IMG/VR virus record: IMGVR_UViG_3300021255_002129 | DNA: 64,000 nt | Reading direction: 5' to 3' (one strand) | DNA from: a virus | Lineage: Duplodnaviria; Heunggongvirae; Uroviricota; Caudoviricetes | In this document: positions 19,931 to 30,507 of the stretch, in pieces | How the letters are laid out: each line of letters opens with the position of its first letter | How positions within the stretch are numbered: position 1 is the stretch's first letter | Translations under genes and position numbers: made by a program | Notes under the pieces: generated by a model | What the model was told of the DNA's origin: nothing | The model's database searches: none | Seen by the model: the letters and a program-made list of their open reading frames with translations, nothing else

Positions 19931-22900
19931 ATGGATTGGAGTAAAAGATTTGAAGTACATAGTCATACGCATTATAGTAATTTAAGATTATTAGACTCCA
20001 TTAATCGTCCTAAAGATTTAATTAATCGAGCAATAGAATTAGGATTAGCTGGTATTGCAATTACAGACCATGAAGCATTATGTTCACATCCTGAGATTAA
20101 TTTTTATCAAAAGGAAATAGAAGAAAAAAATCCTGATTTTAAAATTGCTTTAGGAAATGAAATATATTTAACAGATACTCGTGATATGGGACAAAGATAT
20201 TATCACTTTATTTTAATTGCAAAAAATAAAGAAGGTCATAGAGCTTTAAGAGAGTTATCTTCAAGAGCTTGGATGAATAGTTATTGGGATAGAGGTCTTG
20301 AAAGAGTTCCAACTTTAAAAAGTGATTTAGAAGAAATATTATCAAAATATCCAAATAGTTTAATAGGAACAACCGCTTGTTTAGGTGGAGAATTAAGTGT
20401 TAACACTTTAGCATTAATTAACGCAGAAAAGACAGGAGATACAAATGGTGCGGCAACCGCACATAATAATATAGTAAACTTTTTATTATGGTGTAAAGAA
20501 GTATTTGGAGAAGATAATTTTTATATAGAATGTGCACCAGGGGCTAGCCGCGATCAAGTATTAGTAAATAAAAGATTTCCTGCTATTGCAAAAGCATTTG
20601 ATTTAAAAATGGTTATAGGTTCAGATGCACATTATCTTAAAAAAGAAGATAGATATGTTCATAAAGCATATCTTAATAGTAAATTTGGTGAACGTGAAGT
20701 AGATGAGTTTTATGAATTTGCATATCTTCAAGATAATGAAGAAATAAAAGAAAATTTATATGCATCAGAGTTTAGTGATGAATTTATAAATGAAATGTTT
20801 GCAAACAGTTATAACATTTATAATAAGATAGAAAAATTTAGTTTAGCACATAATCAAACTATTCCAAAAGTAGAAGTAGAAGATTATTCAAAAGAAATAA
20901 GAAAAGAATTTGAAGTTGGTTATCCGATATTGGCGGAAATGCTTAACTCAGATGATAAAGTTGAAAGATATTGGGTAAATAAATGTTTAAAAAGATTACA
21001 AAAATTAGATTTATATAATGAAACTTATTTAGATAGACTTGAAGAAGAAGCAGATATAAAAAAGACAATAAGTGAAAAGTTAGGAACTAATATGTTTAGT
21101 TATCCTGTAACTTTGGAACATTATGTTAATTTATTCTGGGAGTGCGGAAGTATGGTAGGTGCAGGTCGTGGTTCAAGTTGTTCAGGATTAAATCACTATC
21201 TTTTAGGAATAACTCAACTTGACCCAATTAAATGGAACTTACCATTCTGGAGATACTTAAATAAAGAACGTGTTGAATTAGGAGATATAGATTTAGATTT
21301 ATGTCCAAGTAAAAGACCAAGAATTTTAAATGAAATTAAAAAAGAAAGAGGTCAAAACTTTAATAAAGACATAGATGAATTAAGTAAAAAGAATTTAGGT
21401 TGTACTTTAATAGCAACTTTTGGAACTGAAGGAACTCGTTCAACAATTTTAACAGCTTGCCGCGGTTATCGTAGTGCAGAATATCCTGATGGTATTGATG
21501 TTGATACAGCACAATATTTAAGTTCATTAATTCCAAGTGAACGTGGTTTTTTATGGTCGTTAGATGATGTTATAAATGGTAATGAAGATAAAGGTAGAAA
21601 GCCAATTAAAATGTTTATTAATGAAGTAAATACATATCCAGGATTGTTAGAAATAATGGAAGGTATTGAAGGTTTAATTAACAAGCGTAGTAGTCATGCA
21701 TCAGGAGTAATATTATTTGATGAAGACCCATATGAATTTGGAACATTTATGAGAACTCCAAAAGGTGAAGTTATAACAGCTTATGATTTACATATGTGTG
21801 AAGCTTGTGGTATGACTAAATATGACTTTTTAGTAACAGAAGTTCAAGATAAATTATGTGAAGCAATAAGATTATTACAAGAGTATAATGAAATAGATAA
21901 TTCTTTGACATTAAGAGAAGTTTATGATAAATATTTTCACCCAAATGTATTGCCTATTGATAATCAAGAGATATGGAAAGCGCTTCAAGAAAATAGTGTA
22001 TTAAATATCTTTCAGTTTGATAGTGAAGTAGGTTCTCAGGCAGCAAAGAAAATTAAACCTAAATCAATGTTGGAGATGGCGGATGCAAATGGTTTAATGA
22101 GACTTATGACTGCAGAAAAGGGACAAGAGTCTCCAATGGAAAAATATATTAAGTTTAAAAATGATATATCATTATGGTATAAAGAAATGAGAGAATATGG
22201 ACTAACTCAAGCAGAACAAAAAACATTAGAGCCATATTTTAAAAGTTCATATGGAGTCCCACCTAGTCAAGAGCAATTAATGAGAATGTTAATGGATGAA
22301 AATATATGCGGATTTACTTTAGCAGAAGCTAACGCCGCACGTAAGATAGTTGGTAAAAAACAAATGAGTAAAATTCCTGAATTAAGAGATAAGGTTTTGA
22401 CACAAGCGAAGTCATCTTGTTTGGGGCATTATGTATGGGCATGCGGAATTGGACCTCAAATGGGTTATTCATTTAGTGTTATTCATGCTCTTGCATATTC
22501 ATTTATAGGTTTTCAAACTATGTTTATAGCAACTAATTGGAATCCGATATATTGGAACACAGCATGTTTAATTGTTAATAGCGGGGGACTTGAAGAAGAA
22601 AGTGACTTTGAAGAAGATGACGATGGATATGTTGTAGAAAAGAAAGAAAAAGCAACTGATTATGGTAAAATTGCAAAGGCTATTGGAGATATAACATCAA
22701 GAGGTATTCAGGTTAGTTTGGTTGATATTAATAAGTCAAGTTATAGTTTTAAGCCAGATGTTGAAAATAATGAAATATTATTTGGTATGAAAGCATTAAG
22801 TAATATAAATGGCCCAACAATAGAACAAATAATAAGTCATAGACCATATGCGGGAATAGCTGATTTTATGTCAAAATGTCCATTAAATAAAAGTGCAATG

Positions 22901-23887
22901 TTTAGTTTAATAAAAGCTGGAGCTTTTGATAAATTAGAAAAAACTTGGGCTGAAGAACTTCACACTACCGCACGTAATGTAACAATGATATATTATATAT
23001 CTAAAGTATGTGAAGCAAAGAAAAGAATAACTTTACAAAACTTTAATGGATTAATTCAACATGATTTAATACCCGCAGAATTAGATTTACAAAAGCAAAC
23101 TTATTTATTCACAAAATATTTAAAAGCAAATAAAAAAGTTGGTAAATATTATGTGTTTGATAATGTTTGTGAAGAATTTTATAATAAGCATTTTGATTTA
23201 GACCAGTTAGAAGTAATTAATGGATTAACTTGTATTTTACAAACTAATTGGGAAAAAATTTATCAAAATGTTATGGATAAAGCTAGAGATTGGGTTAAAG
23301 ATAATCAGGCGGAAATTCTTAATAGATTTAATAATATGTTATTTAAAGAGTGCTGGGATAAATATGCAACAGGAAATATAAGTTCATATGAAATGGAAGC
23401 ATTATGTTTCTATTATCATGAACATGAATTAATAAATGTCAATAATGATAAATATGGTATTGTAGATTTTAATGAATTAGCATCTAATCCTGTTATTGAT
23501 TACTTCTTTAAAAGAAATGGTAGAGATATTCCTATTTATAAAATATATAAAATTGTTGGAACTGTAATTGGAAAAAATGATAATCGTTCATCTATAACAC
23601 TATTAACCCCAACAGGTGTTGTTAATGTTAAGTTTACAAAAGAATATTATGCAATGTTTAATAGACAAATCAGTGAACTTGGTGAAGATGGTATTAAACA
23701 CGTAGTTGAAAAAGGTTGGTTCACAAGAGGAGTTAAATTATTAGTTGCGGGTTTCCGCAGAGATGATACTTTTGTAGGAAAAACATATAAAAATAATGGT
23801 TTTCATCAATTATATAAAATAATTGAAGTATATGATAATGGAGATATTAAATTAACTCATGATAGAGAAGGGTTAGAGACTGAATAA
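19931..23887 (+). CDS. DNA polymerase III alpha subunit (DnaE-type, N-terminal PHP domain)
   Basis: 1318 aa. PHP motif 'FEVHSHTHYS...IAITDHEAL' and polymerase core homology. There is no TGA; every Trp is TGG. Confidence 0.9.
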   Translation: MDWSKRFEVHSHTHYSNLRLLDSINRPKDLINRAIELGLAGIAITDHEALCSHPEINFYQKEIEEKNPDFKIALGNEIYLTDTRDMGQRYYHFILIAKNKEGHRALRELSSRAWMNSYWDRGLERVPTLKSDLEEILSKYPNSLIGTTACLGGELSVNTLALINAEKTGDTNGAATAHNNIVNFLLWCKEVFGEDNFYIECAPGASRDQVLVNKRFPAIAKAFDLKMVIGSDAHYLKKEDRYVHKAYLNSKFGEREVDEFYEFAYLQDNEEIKENLYASEFSDEFINEMFANSYNIYNKIEKFSLAHNQTIPKVEVEDYSKEIRKEFEVGYPILAEMLNSDDKVERYWVNKCLKRLQKLDLYNETYLDRLEEEADIKKTISEKLGTNMFSYPVTLEHYVNLFWECGSMVGAGRGSSCSGLNHYLLGITQLDPIKWNLPFWRYLNKERVELGDIDLDLCPSKRPRILNEIKKERGQNFNKDIDELSKKNLGCTLIATFGTEGTRSTILTACRGYRSAEYPDGIDVDTAQYLSSLIPSERGFLWSLDDVINGNEDKGRKPIKMFINEVNTYPGLLEIMEGIEGLINKRSSHASGVILFDEDPYEFGTFMRTPKGEVITAYDLHMCEACGMTKYDFLVTEVQDKLCEAIRLLQEYNEIDNSLTLREVYDKYFHPNVLPIDNQEIWKALQENSVLNIFQFDSEVGSQAAKKIKPKSMLEMADANGLMRLMTAEKGQESPMEKYIKFKNDISLWYKEMREYGLTQAEQKTLEPYFKSSYGVPPSQEQLMRMLMDENICGFTLAEANAARKIVGKKQMSKIPELRDKVLTQAKSSCLGHYVWACGIGPQMGYSFSVIHALAYSFIGFQTMFIATNWNPIYWNTACLIVNSGGLEEESDFEEDDDGYVVEKKEKATDYGKIAKAIGDITSRGIQVSLVDINKSSYSFKPDVENNEILFGMKALSNINGPTIEQIISHRPYAGIADFMSKCPLNKSAMFSLIKAGAFDKLEKTWAEELHTTARNVTMIYYISKVCEAKKRITLQNFNGLIQHDLIPAELDLQKQTYLFTKYLKANKKVGKYYVFDNVCEEFYNKHFDLDQLEVINGLTCILQTNWEKIYQNVMDKARDWVKDNQAEILNRFNNMLFKECWDKYATGNISSYEMEALCFYYHEHELINVNNDKYGIVDFNELASNPVIDYFFKRNGRDIPIYKIYKIVGTVIGKNDNRSSITLLTPTGVVNVKFTKEYYAMFNRQISELGEDGIKHVVEKGWFTRGVKLLVAGFRRDDTFVGKTYKNNGFHQLYKIIEVYDNGDIKLTHDREGLETE

Positions 23888-23999
23888 TTCTAACTCTTTT
23901 TCTGCCCTTAACCAGATTAGTTTAATCTATTAAAGAAAATTTTAAAATAAATTAAAAGGTTAAATCCTTTAAGATAATTAAATAACTAAGGAGGAACTT

Positions 24000-26249
24000 A
24001 TGAAAGTCATTAAAAGAGACGGTCGTATCGTAGATTTTGATGCGACAAAAATCGAGAGAGCTATTCTCGCAGCATTCCAAGACGTAGATGGTGAAATTAC
24101 TGACTACGCAAAAGAAAAAGCTGAAAATATAGCAAGTTATATTGAAGGGTATTATTTAGATGTAGATGAAACACCTGGAATTGAAGAAATTCAAGATTTA
24201 GTTGAAAAAGGTTTAATGTCAACAAAAAGAAAAGATGTTGCTAAAAATTATATCCTTTATAGAGAAGAAAGAACAAAAATAAGAAATGCAAATAGTAAAT
24301 TGATGCAAAATATTAAAGAGAAGATTGAAGCCTCAGATGTACAAAATCAAAATGCTAATGTTGATGAACATTCATTTGGTGGTCGTATGGGAGAAGCTAG
24401 ATCTGAATTAATGAAAGATTATGCTCTTAATTATATTGTATCTCCTATGGCAAGAGAAAATCATTTAAATAATGAAATATATATTCATGATTTAGATGCG
24501 TATGCAGTTGGTATGCATAACTGTTTAACTGTTCCTTTTGATAAATTATTAGCAGAAGGTTTTAATACTAGACAAACAGATGTAAGACCAGCCCGTTCAA
24601 TTAATACTGCATTTCAATTAGTTGCGGTATTATTCCAATTACAATCTTTACAACAATTTGGCGGAGTTAGTGCGAGTCATTTAGATTGGACTATGGTTCC
24701 ATATGTAAGATTATCATTTAAAAAACATTTTAGAGATGGTATGAAATATTTATGTGATATTGAATTAGATGAAATACCTGATGATACATCCATTGACAAT
24801 GAAATGTATTTAGCATCTCCAAAAGTATATAAGTATGCTATGGATATGACTGAAAAAGAGTTAATGCAAGCTGTCCAAGGAATGTATCATAATTTAAATA
24901 CATTACAAAGTAGAAGCGGAAACCAATTACCATTTACTTCAATTAATTATGGAACTTGTACTTTACCTGAAGGTAGAATGGTTACAAAAGCATTATTAGA
25001 AGGTTCTATTGAAGGTGTTGGTAAAGTTAGAAAAACTCCAATATTCCCATGTGGTATCTTTCAATGTATGAAAGGTGTTAACCGCAAACCAGGAGATCCT
25101 AACTACGATTTATTTAAATTAGCACTTAAATCAACAGCTCAAAGATTGTATCCTAATTATGTTAATGTAGATTGGTCAGTAAATGCTGGATATGATATTA
25201 ACGACCCTAAAACTTATGTTTCAACAATGGGATGCAGAACATACAATGGTGCAGATATCAACGCAGAGCCTGGAACTAATCCTCAAACAAAGGATGGCCG
25301 CGGAAATATTTGTCCTGTTACTATCGTTATGCCGACCTTGGCTATGAAAGCAAAAGAAAAAGCTATTGCAGAAGGTTTTGGAACCACAGACAAAGATTGC
25401 TTAGACCCAGTTAGTGCTTTTATGGAATTATTAGATAAAAAAATTCATGAAGCAAAAGATATGTTATTAGAGAGGTATCATTGGATTATAAATCAATCAC
25501 CTGAAAGTGCTAAGTTTATGTATGAAAATAACATTATGTTAGGTTATGATGGAAAAACAATAGAAAGTGCTATGAAACATGGAACTCTTGTTATTGGTCA
25601 AATAGGTTTGGCGGAAACGCTTCAAATTTTAATTGGTAAAGACCATACAACAAAGGAAGGTATGGAACTTGCTAAAAGAATTGAACAATTATTTAAAGAT
25701 AGATGTGCAGAATTTAAAAAAGATTTGCACTTAAATATAGGGGTATATTATACACCTGCTGAAAATATGTGTTATACTTCAATGAAAAAATTTAAAAAGG
25801 CTTATGGAATTATTCCTAATGTAAGTGATAGAGATTATTTTACAAATAGTATTCATGTTCCAGTATGGAAAGAGATGAGTCCATTTGATAAAATAGACAT
25901 AGAGAGTCAGTTAACTGGTTATAGTAATGCTGGATGTATTACTTATGTAGAATTAGAGGGCGGAGTTAAAAATAATTTAGATGCTCTTGAAGAAATAATT
26001 AATTATGCTATGGATAAAGATATTCCATATTTTGCAATTAATGTTCCAAATGATACTTGTTTAGATTGCGGTTATACTGATGAATTTAATGATAAATGTC
26101 CAATGTGCGGAAGTGAACATATACAACAACTTAGACGTGTTACAGGATATTTAACAGGAGATTACAAAACTGCATTTAATAAAGGAAAACAACAAGAGAC
26201 TGAACAAAGATATAAACATTCTAAAAAATTGGAGAATTGGAATGATTAG
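24000..26249 (+). CDS. nrdD: anaerobic ribonucleoside-triphosphate reductase (class III)
   Basis: N-terminal ATP-cone, C-terminal Zn ribbon 'CLDCGY...CPMCG' and glycyl-radical region 'RRVTGYL'. No TGA. Confidence 0.92.
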   Translation: MKVIKRDGRIVDFDATKIERAILAAFQDVDGEITDYAKEKAENIASYIEGYYLDVDETPGIEEIQDLVEKGLMSTKRKDVAKNYILYREERTKIRNANSKLMQNIKEKIEASDVQNQNANVDEHSFGGRMGEARSELMKDYALNYIVSPMARENHLNNEIYIHDLDAYAVGMHNCLTVPFDKLLAEGFNTRQTDVRPARSINTAFQLVAVLFQLQSLQQFGGVSASHLDWTMVPYVRLSFKKHFRDGMKYLCDIELDEIPDDTSIDNEMYLASPKVYKYAMDMTEKELMQAVQGMYHNLNTLQSRSGNQLPFTSINYGTCTLPEGRMVTKALLEGSIEGVGKVRKTPIFPCGIFQCMKGVNRKPGDPNYDLFKLALKSTAQRLYPNYVNVDWSVNAGYDINDPKTYVSTMGCRTYNGADINAEPGTNPQTKDGRGNICPVTIVMPTLAMKAKEKAIAEGFGTTDKDCLDPVSAFMELLDKKIHEAKDMLLERYHWIINQSPESAKFMYENNIMLGYDGKTIESAMKHGTLVIGQIGLAETLQILIGKDHTTKEGMELAKRIEQLFKDRCAEFKKDLHLNIGVYYTPAENMCYTSMKKFKKAYGIIPNVSDRDYFTNSIHVPVWKEMSPFDKIDIESQLTGYSNAGCITYVELEGGVKNNLDALEEIINYAMDKDIPYFAINVPNDTCLDCGYTDEFNDKCPMCGSEHIQQLRRVTGYLTGDYKTAFNKGKQQETEQRYKHSKKLENWND

Positions 26250-26748
26250 GGTTGCAGGTATTAATGGTAATGATTTCGTCAATGGAGAAGGGGTAAGCGT
26301 TAGTTTATTCCTTCAAGGTTGCCATTTTCATTGTCAGGGATGCCATAATCCAGAAACTTGAGATCCTAACGGCGGAAATATTTGAGATTGAAATGATTTA
26401 ATAAATCATATTATTGAATTAATTTCCGCAAATGGAATACAAAGAAATTTAAGTATTTTAGGTGGAGAACCTTTAGATACTTATGATAAAAGAGATTTCA
26501 TAAAATTACTATTAAAAGTAGTAAAAAATAAATTCCCAAATATTAAAATCTGTTTGTGGACAGGATATACTTTATCTCAATTAAGAGAAGATACTAATTT
26601 AATTGGGGTTGGGGAAATATTAACAACTATAGATTATTTGATTGAAGGCCCTTTTAAACTTAAAGAACGCGACATAACATTAAAATGGCGCGGCAGTCGC
26701 AATCAAAATATTATAAATATGAAAACAGGAGAGATAGAAAATGATTAA
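26242..26748 (+). CDS. nrdG: anaerobic RNR activating protein (radical SAM); three in-frame TGA = Trp
   Basis: 'CHFHCQGCHNPETW' carries the conserved NrdG Trp, which is encoded by TGA. 'NIWDWND' has two more. The ATG overlaps the nrdD end. Confidence 0.85.
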
Positions 26749-26902
26749 CTTTTTAAAAATATTTTTTCCAGCATTAATGGTTACAGGAGCTCTTGGTAGT
26801 TTAATCTTAAATATAATTACTAACAAAACTGAATGACCTGTTTCGTTACAATGGTTTGGAGCAGCATTATTATATACAGCATTATTATTTAGAAATAAAT
26901 AG
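26741..26902 (+). CDS. small two-TM membrane protein (53 aa), one TGA
   Basis: 'MINFLKIFFPALMVTGALGSLILNII...W(TGA)PVSLQWFGAALLY'. It overlaps the nrdG stop. Confidence 0.35.
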
Positions 26903-26907
26903 CAAAG

Positions 26908-26950
26908 GAGGTTAAGTAAGAAATAAAAAATTACTTAACCTCTTTTTTTG
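26908..26950 (+). terminator. rho-independent terminator
   Basis: Perfect 12-bp stem GAGGTTAAGTAA/TTACTTAACCTC followed by TTTTTTTG. Confidence 0.7.
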
Positions 26951-26975
26951 TTATGTTGATAGGAGAGTGTAACAA

Positions 26976-27395
26976 GTGCGAAAAATTACAAAAGAAATGA
27001 TTAAATTATATAATATTAAAAAATTAGGTTATGATTTTATGGGATATACTTTTAGAAATATTAATGAATTAAGTTTTCATCATTTAATAGTTCCTTATAG
27101 AAATTGTAAAAGAGAAGGTCTTGGAGAAGGATATCTATTATGAAATGGTGCAATTCTTAAACAAGAAACTTCCCATGAATATTTACATACTATTGAATTA
27201 TATGATAGAGAATTATTTTTACGAATAACAAAATATATGATACAGGAAAATGAAAATATGAAAATTGATATAGATAATTTAAAAAAAATACGAGAATTAC
27301 TTTTATATTTTGAAGCTGAACATTTAAACGATACAAACAAAAAAGGTAAAAAATTAATTAAAAGAAATTATCTAACAGACCGCATACATTTATAA
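26976..27395 (+). CDS. hypothetical protein (~139 aa), one in-frame TGA at 27141
   Basis: RBS AGGAGAG at 26961, then GTG at 26976 (or ATG at 26997). The frame was verified codon by codon to TAA at 27393. Confidence 0.4.
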
Positions 27396-27397
27396 TT

Positions 27398-27426
27398 TTG
27401 ACTTTTTTTAAAAATAATGATATAAT
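27398..27426 (+). promoter_or_regulatory. early promoter TTGACT-N17-TATAAT
   Basis: TTGACT at 27398-27403 and TGATATAAT ending at 27426. Confidence 0.6.
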
Positions 27427-27456
27427 ATTTATATAAGAATGAAAGGAAGAGTGTAA

Positions 27457-27900
27457 ATGATAAAAAGAATATTAAACTATAGAAATAAAGAAGATAAAGA
27501 GATACTTTCTCAAAAAAGTGAAACAGTAGAAAATATAGATGAAGTAAAAGACCTTATTCAAGATTTAAAAGATACATTACACGCAATTCCAGATGCAAAA
27601 GGACTTTCTGCAATTCAATTAGGAGTTAACAAAAAAGTATGTCTTTGTTCATGGGGCGGTGATGAGATACTACTTATAAACCCAGTTATTACGCGCAGCC
27701 GCGGAGAGCAAGAATATTTAGAAGGTTGTTTAAGTGTCCCTGGAGTATATAAAAAAATAACTAGATTTCAAAAAGTATGGTGTTCATATTTAAATGAAAA
27801 TGGTGAACAACAAGAAATAGCACAGGGTGGTCGTATGAGCGATATTATTCAACATGAGCTAGATCATTTTGAAGGCAAGTGTAAACTATATAATGAATAA
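27457..27900 (+). CDS. def: peptide deformylase
   Basis: Motifs 'EGCLSVPG' and 'HELDH'. Confidence 0.85.
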   Translation: MIKRILNYRNKEDKEILSQKSETVENIDEVKDLIQDLKDTLHAIPDAKGLSAIQLGVNKKVCLCSWGGDEILLINPVITRSRGEQEYLEGCLSVPGVYKKITRFQKVWCSYLNENGEQQEIAQGGRMSDIIQHELDHFEGKCKLYNE

Positions 27901-27916
27901 GAAAGAAGGTATTCAA

Positions 27917-28804
27917 ATGGCAGAGATGAAAATTAAAGGTCTGAAAATGGTTTATTCAGCATCAGAATTAACTATCATCGATAGCTATCAAATTAATAAT
28001 ATTAAAAAAATGAAAAATATTCTAACAGAGGCTTTGGAAAAGGCTGAAACATATATGACCAATAGAAATATGAATTCTCTAATTAATGAATGAATAGCTC
28101 ATAATACTTTTTATAAATTACATTTATTTAGAAAATATACTAAAAATTGTAGTTTTAAAAGAACACAAAATAAAATATTAAATATTATTTATTTTATTTT
28201 TAATATACCAACTAAAATAAAATATAATATAAAAAAATTTAAAGACAATAGAAAAATAAAAAAGCAAGAAAAAAATTATAAAAATTATATAAAAGAACAT
28301 CAAGAAAATGTTAGAAAAGCATTTGAAGAAATTAAAGAAAATCCTATTATATATCAAAGATACAGTGGTGAAATTTTAGATGCTCTATGGGGACGAGTTT
28401 TAATTCACGATAAAAGTAAATATTCTGAAGAAGAATTTGTACCTTATAGAAAAAATTTCTATCCAATAAATGCCGAAGAAAAAGAAGAAAATAAACCAAA
28501 TTTTGATAAAGCCTGGGAGCATCATTGGAAAAACAATTCTCACCATTGGCAATATAGGAAAAATAAAACTTCTTTTGATAAAAATAATAAGGAAGAAGTT
28601 CTTGATGTTTTAGAAAATATATTAGATTGAATTGCTATGGGATATAAATTCAATGACCGCCCATATCAATATTATGAAAATAATAAAAATAATATAATAT
28701 TATGTGAAGATGAAAGAAAATATTTAGAAGATTTAATATATAATGTTATTGATATTGATTATATACAAAAGGAGGATTCAGACGATAATGGAACAAGAGA
28801 ATAA
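27917..28804 (+). CDS. hypothetical protein (295 aa), two in-frame TGA
   Basis: RBS GAAAGAAGG, then ATG at 27917. The frame is open to TAA at 28802 only with TGA read as an amino acid ('LINEWIAHN', 'ILDWIAMG'). The C-terminal part is clearly protein-like. Confidence 0.45.
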
Positions 28805-29201
28805 TGAAAAAAAAGAAATAGAGTTTGGAACTCTTTATGATATAAATAAAAACATAGTAAAACAAAATGAAATAAAATTAAGTGAAGGAGTTTTAAATAG
28901 TAAAAAACAAATTATCGCTGATTTTATTAAAAAATGTAATAACTATTATTATATGTTATTATGCAACGAAAGAAAAGATTATACTGTGTTCCGTTGGGTT
29001 AATATATCTAATGATAATGATGCAAAAGAGATTGCTCAAATACTAGTTGATGAATGCTTAACTAATAGAGGCGAAATCCGCGGAATTGATTTAACAAAAA
29101 CTAAAGATGCTATTGAAATATGGATGGTAATAGATGATGAAGCCTATGTGTATTACTTCTTCCCATATGATAATGCAATAATAGAGGTAGGAGGATTTTA
29201 A
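28788..29201 (+). CDS. hypothetical protein (137 aa)
   Basis: RBS AAAAGGAGGA, then 'MEQENNEKKEIEF...'. Confidence 0.4.
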   Translation: MEQENNEKKEIEFGTLYDINKNIVKQNEIKLSEGVLNSKKQIIADFIKKCNNYYYMLLCNERKDYTVFRWVNISNDNDAKEIAQILVDECLTNRGEIRGIDLTKTKDAIEIWMVIDDEAYVYYFFPYDNAIIEVGGF

Positions 29202-29203
29202 TA

Positions 29204-29470
29204 ATGAAAAAAATTGTTAGTGTTATTAAACCATTTATAGTAAATCAAAATGTTTTTGTTTATGAAGATGGAAATAAAATAGACGTTTTATCTGTGCCTT
29301 TAAATGATATTCAAAACATTTTAGTTAATACAGCTACTCAATATGAAGTAACTGATATAGAATTAATAGGTTCTAAAAAATACTTAAATGGTATTGTTAA
29401 TAAAATTAAAGAAACAGAAATGTCTCAATATAATGAACATAAATTAAATATTAATATAATTAATGGATAG
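29204..29470 (+). CDS. hypothetical protein (88 aa)
   Basis: RBS GGAGGA. Confidence 0.4.
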   Translation: MKKIVSVIKPFIVNQNVFVYEDGNKIDVLSVPLNDIQNILVNTATQYEVTDIELIGSKKYLNGIVNKIKETEMSQYNEHKLNINIING

Positions 29471-29479
29471 GAGGTAAAC

Positions 29480-29731
29480 ATGAAATATCTTATAACTACA
29501 ACTGAAGTTTATAGATTTAGTAGTGAAGATGAAGCAACTAATTTTATTGAAGCTGCAAAGAAAGAGTCTGGATACGTATTAACTAAACATACAGTTGAAT
29601 ATAAAGAAAGAAAACAAAAAGGTGAAGTAATTGATTTTTGGTGAAAGGTTACCCTTGTTAAAAGTTTTAATAATGAAAAAGAACCTGAAACTGATGTTGA
29701 TGTAGAATATAAAGTAGGGAGTGCATTTTAA
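29480..29731 (+). CDS. hypothetical protein (83 aa), one TGA ('DFWW')
   Basis: RBS GGAGGTAAACA, then ATG. Confidence 0.4.
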
Positions 29732-29732
29732 T

Positions 29733-30203
29733 ATGTTTGGAATAGATATACTTGGTAGATATGAAGATAAATTAATTAAATATACAAAATTAAATGAATA
29801 CGCACAAGAGCCAACTAGAGGAAGTGCGGCAGCAGCTGGCTATGACCTTTATGCTGCGATTAGTGATTCTGTAACGATTCCCGCACATTCAACAGTAAAA
29901 ATAGGAACAGGATTAGCTTTTGCATTACCTGATAATACTTTTGCGGCAATATTTGCTAGAAGTGGTCTTGCAACAAAGCAAGGTTTAAGACCTGCTAATT
30001 GCGTTGGTGTATGCGATAGCGATTATCGCGGAGAATATATAGTAGCAGTTCATAATGATACTAATGAAGAAAAAATAATTGAACCAAATGAAAGAATTGC
30101 TCAAATGATATTAATGCCATATATCCCAATGATGTTTGGAGAGGTTGAATCTCTAGATGAAACAGAACGCGGAGAAGGCGGATTTGGAAGCACAGGTGTT
30201 TAA
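29733..30203 (+). CDS. dut: dUTP diphosphatase
   Basis: Motifs 'AAGYDLYA', 'RSGLA', 'DSDYRGE' and 'RGEGGFGSTG'. Confidence 0.9.
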   Translation: MFGIDILGRYEDKLIKYTKLNEYAQEPTRGSAAAAGYDLYAAISDSVTIPAHSTVKIGTGLAFALPDNTFAAIFARSGLATKQGLRPANCVGVCDSDYRGEYIVAVHNDTNEEKIIEPNERIAQMILMPYIPMMFGEVESLDETERGEGGFGSTGV

Positions 30204-30204
30204 T

Positions 30205-30507
30205 ATGGATAAAATACAAAGACATCAAGAATTATTAAATACAATGCATGAATTATACGTAACTAAAAATCATGATTATGGAGATAGTGTTCATGATACA
30301 TATTTAAAATATGGTTTAACATCTTTTTTAGTACGTTTAGAAGATAAGTTAAATAGAGCAAGAACAATTAGTCAAAAAGAACAATTAGTAAAAGACGAAA
30401 AAATTAAAGATACTTTATTAGATTTAGCTAATTATGCAACATTAGCAGTATTAGAATTAGAATGGGAGGAAAGTCAACGTGTACAAGGTGGAGATACAAA
30501 CAACTAA
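30205..30507 (+). CDS. putative MazG-like nucleotide pyrophosphohydrolase-domain protein
   Basis: 'HDYGDSVHDTYLKYGL...FLVRLEDKLNRA' resembles small MazG-like phage proteins. The call rests on recalled motifs only. Confidence 0.35.
   Translation: MDKIQRHQELLNTMHELYVTKNHDYGDSVHDTYLKYGLTSFLVRLEDKLNRARTISQKEQLVKDEKIKDTLLDLANYATLAVLELEWEESQRVQGGDTNN

Noticed and set aside
26242-26748. TGA = Gly (code 25, Gracilibacteria/SR1) instead of Trp
   Set aside because: The TGA in NrdG falls on the conserved Trp of the 'C-G-C-x-N-x-x-T-W' motif. Other TGA positions (for example 'SSGWAYF' in RuvC and 'EWLNTT' in Stealth) are also Trp-typical.
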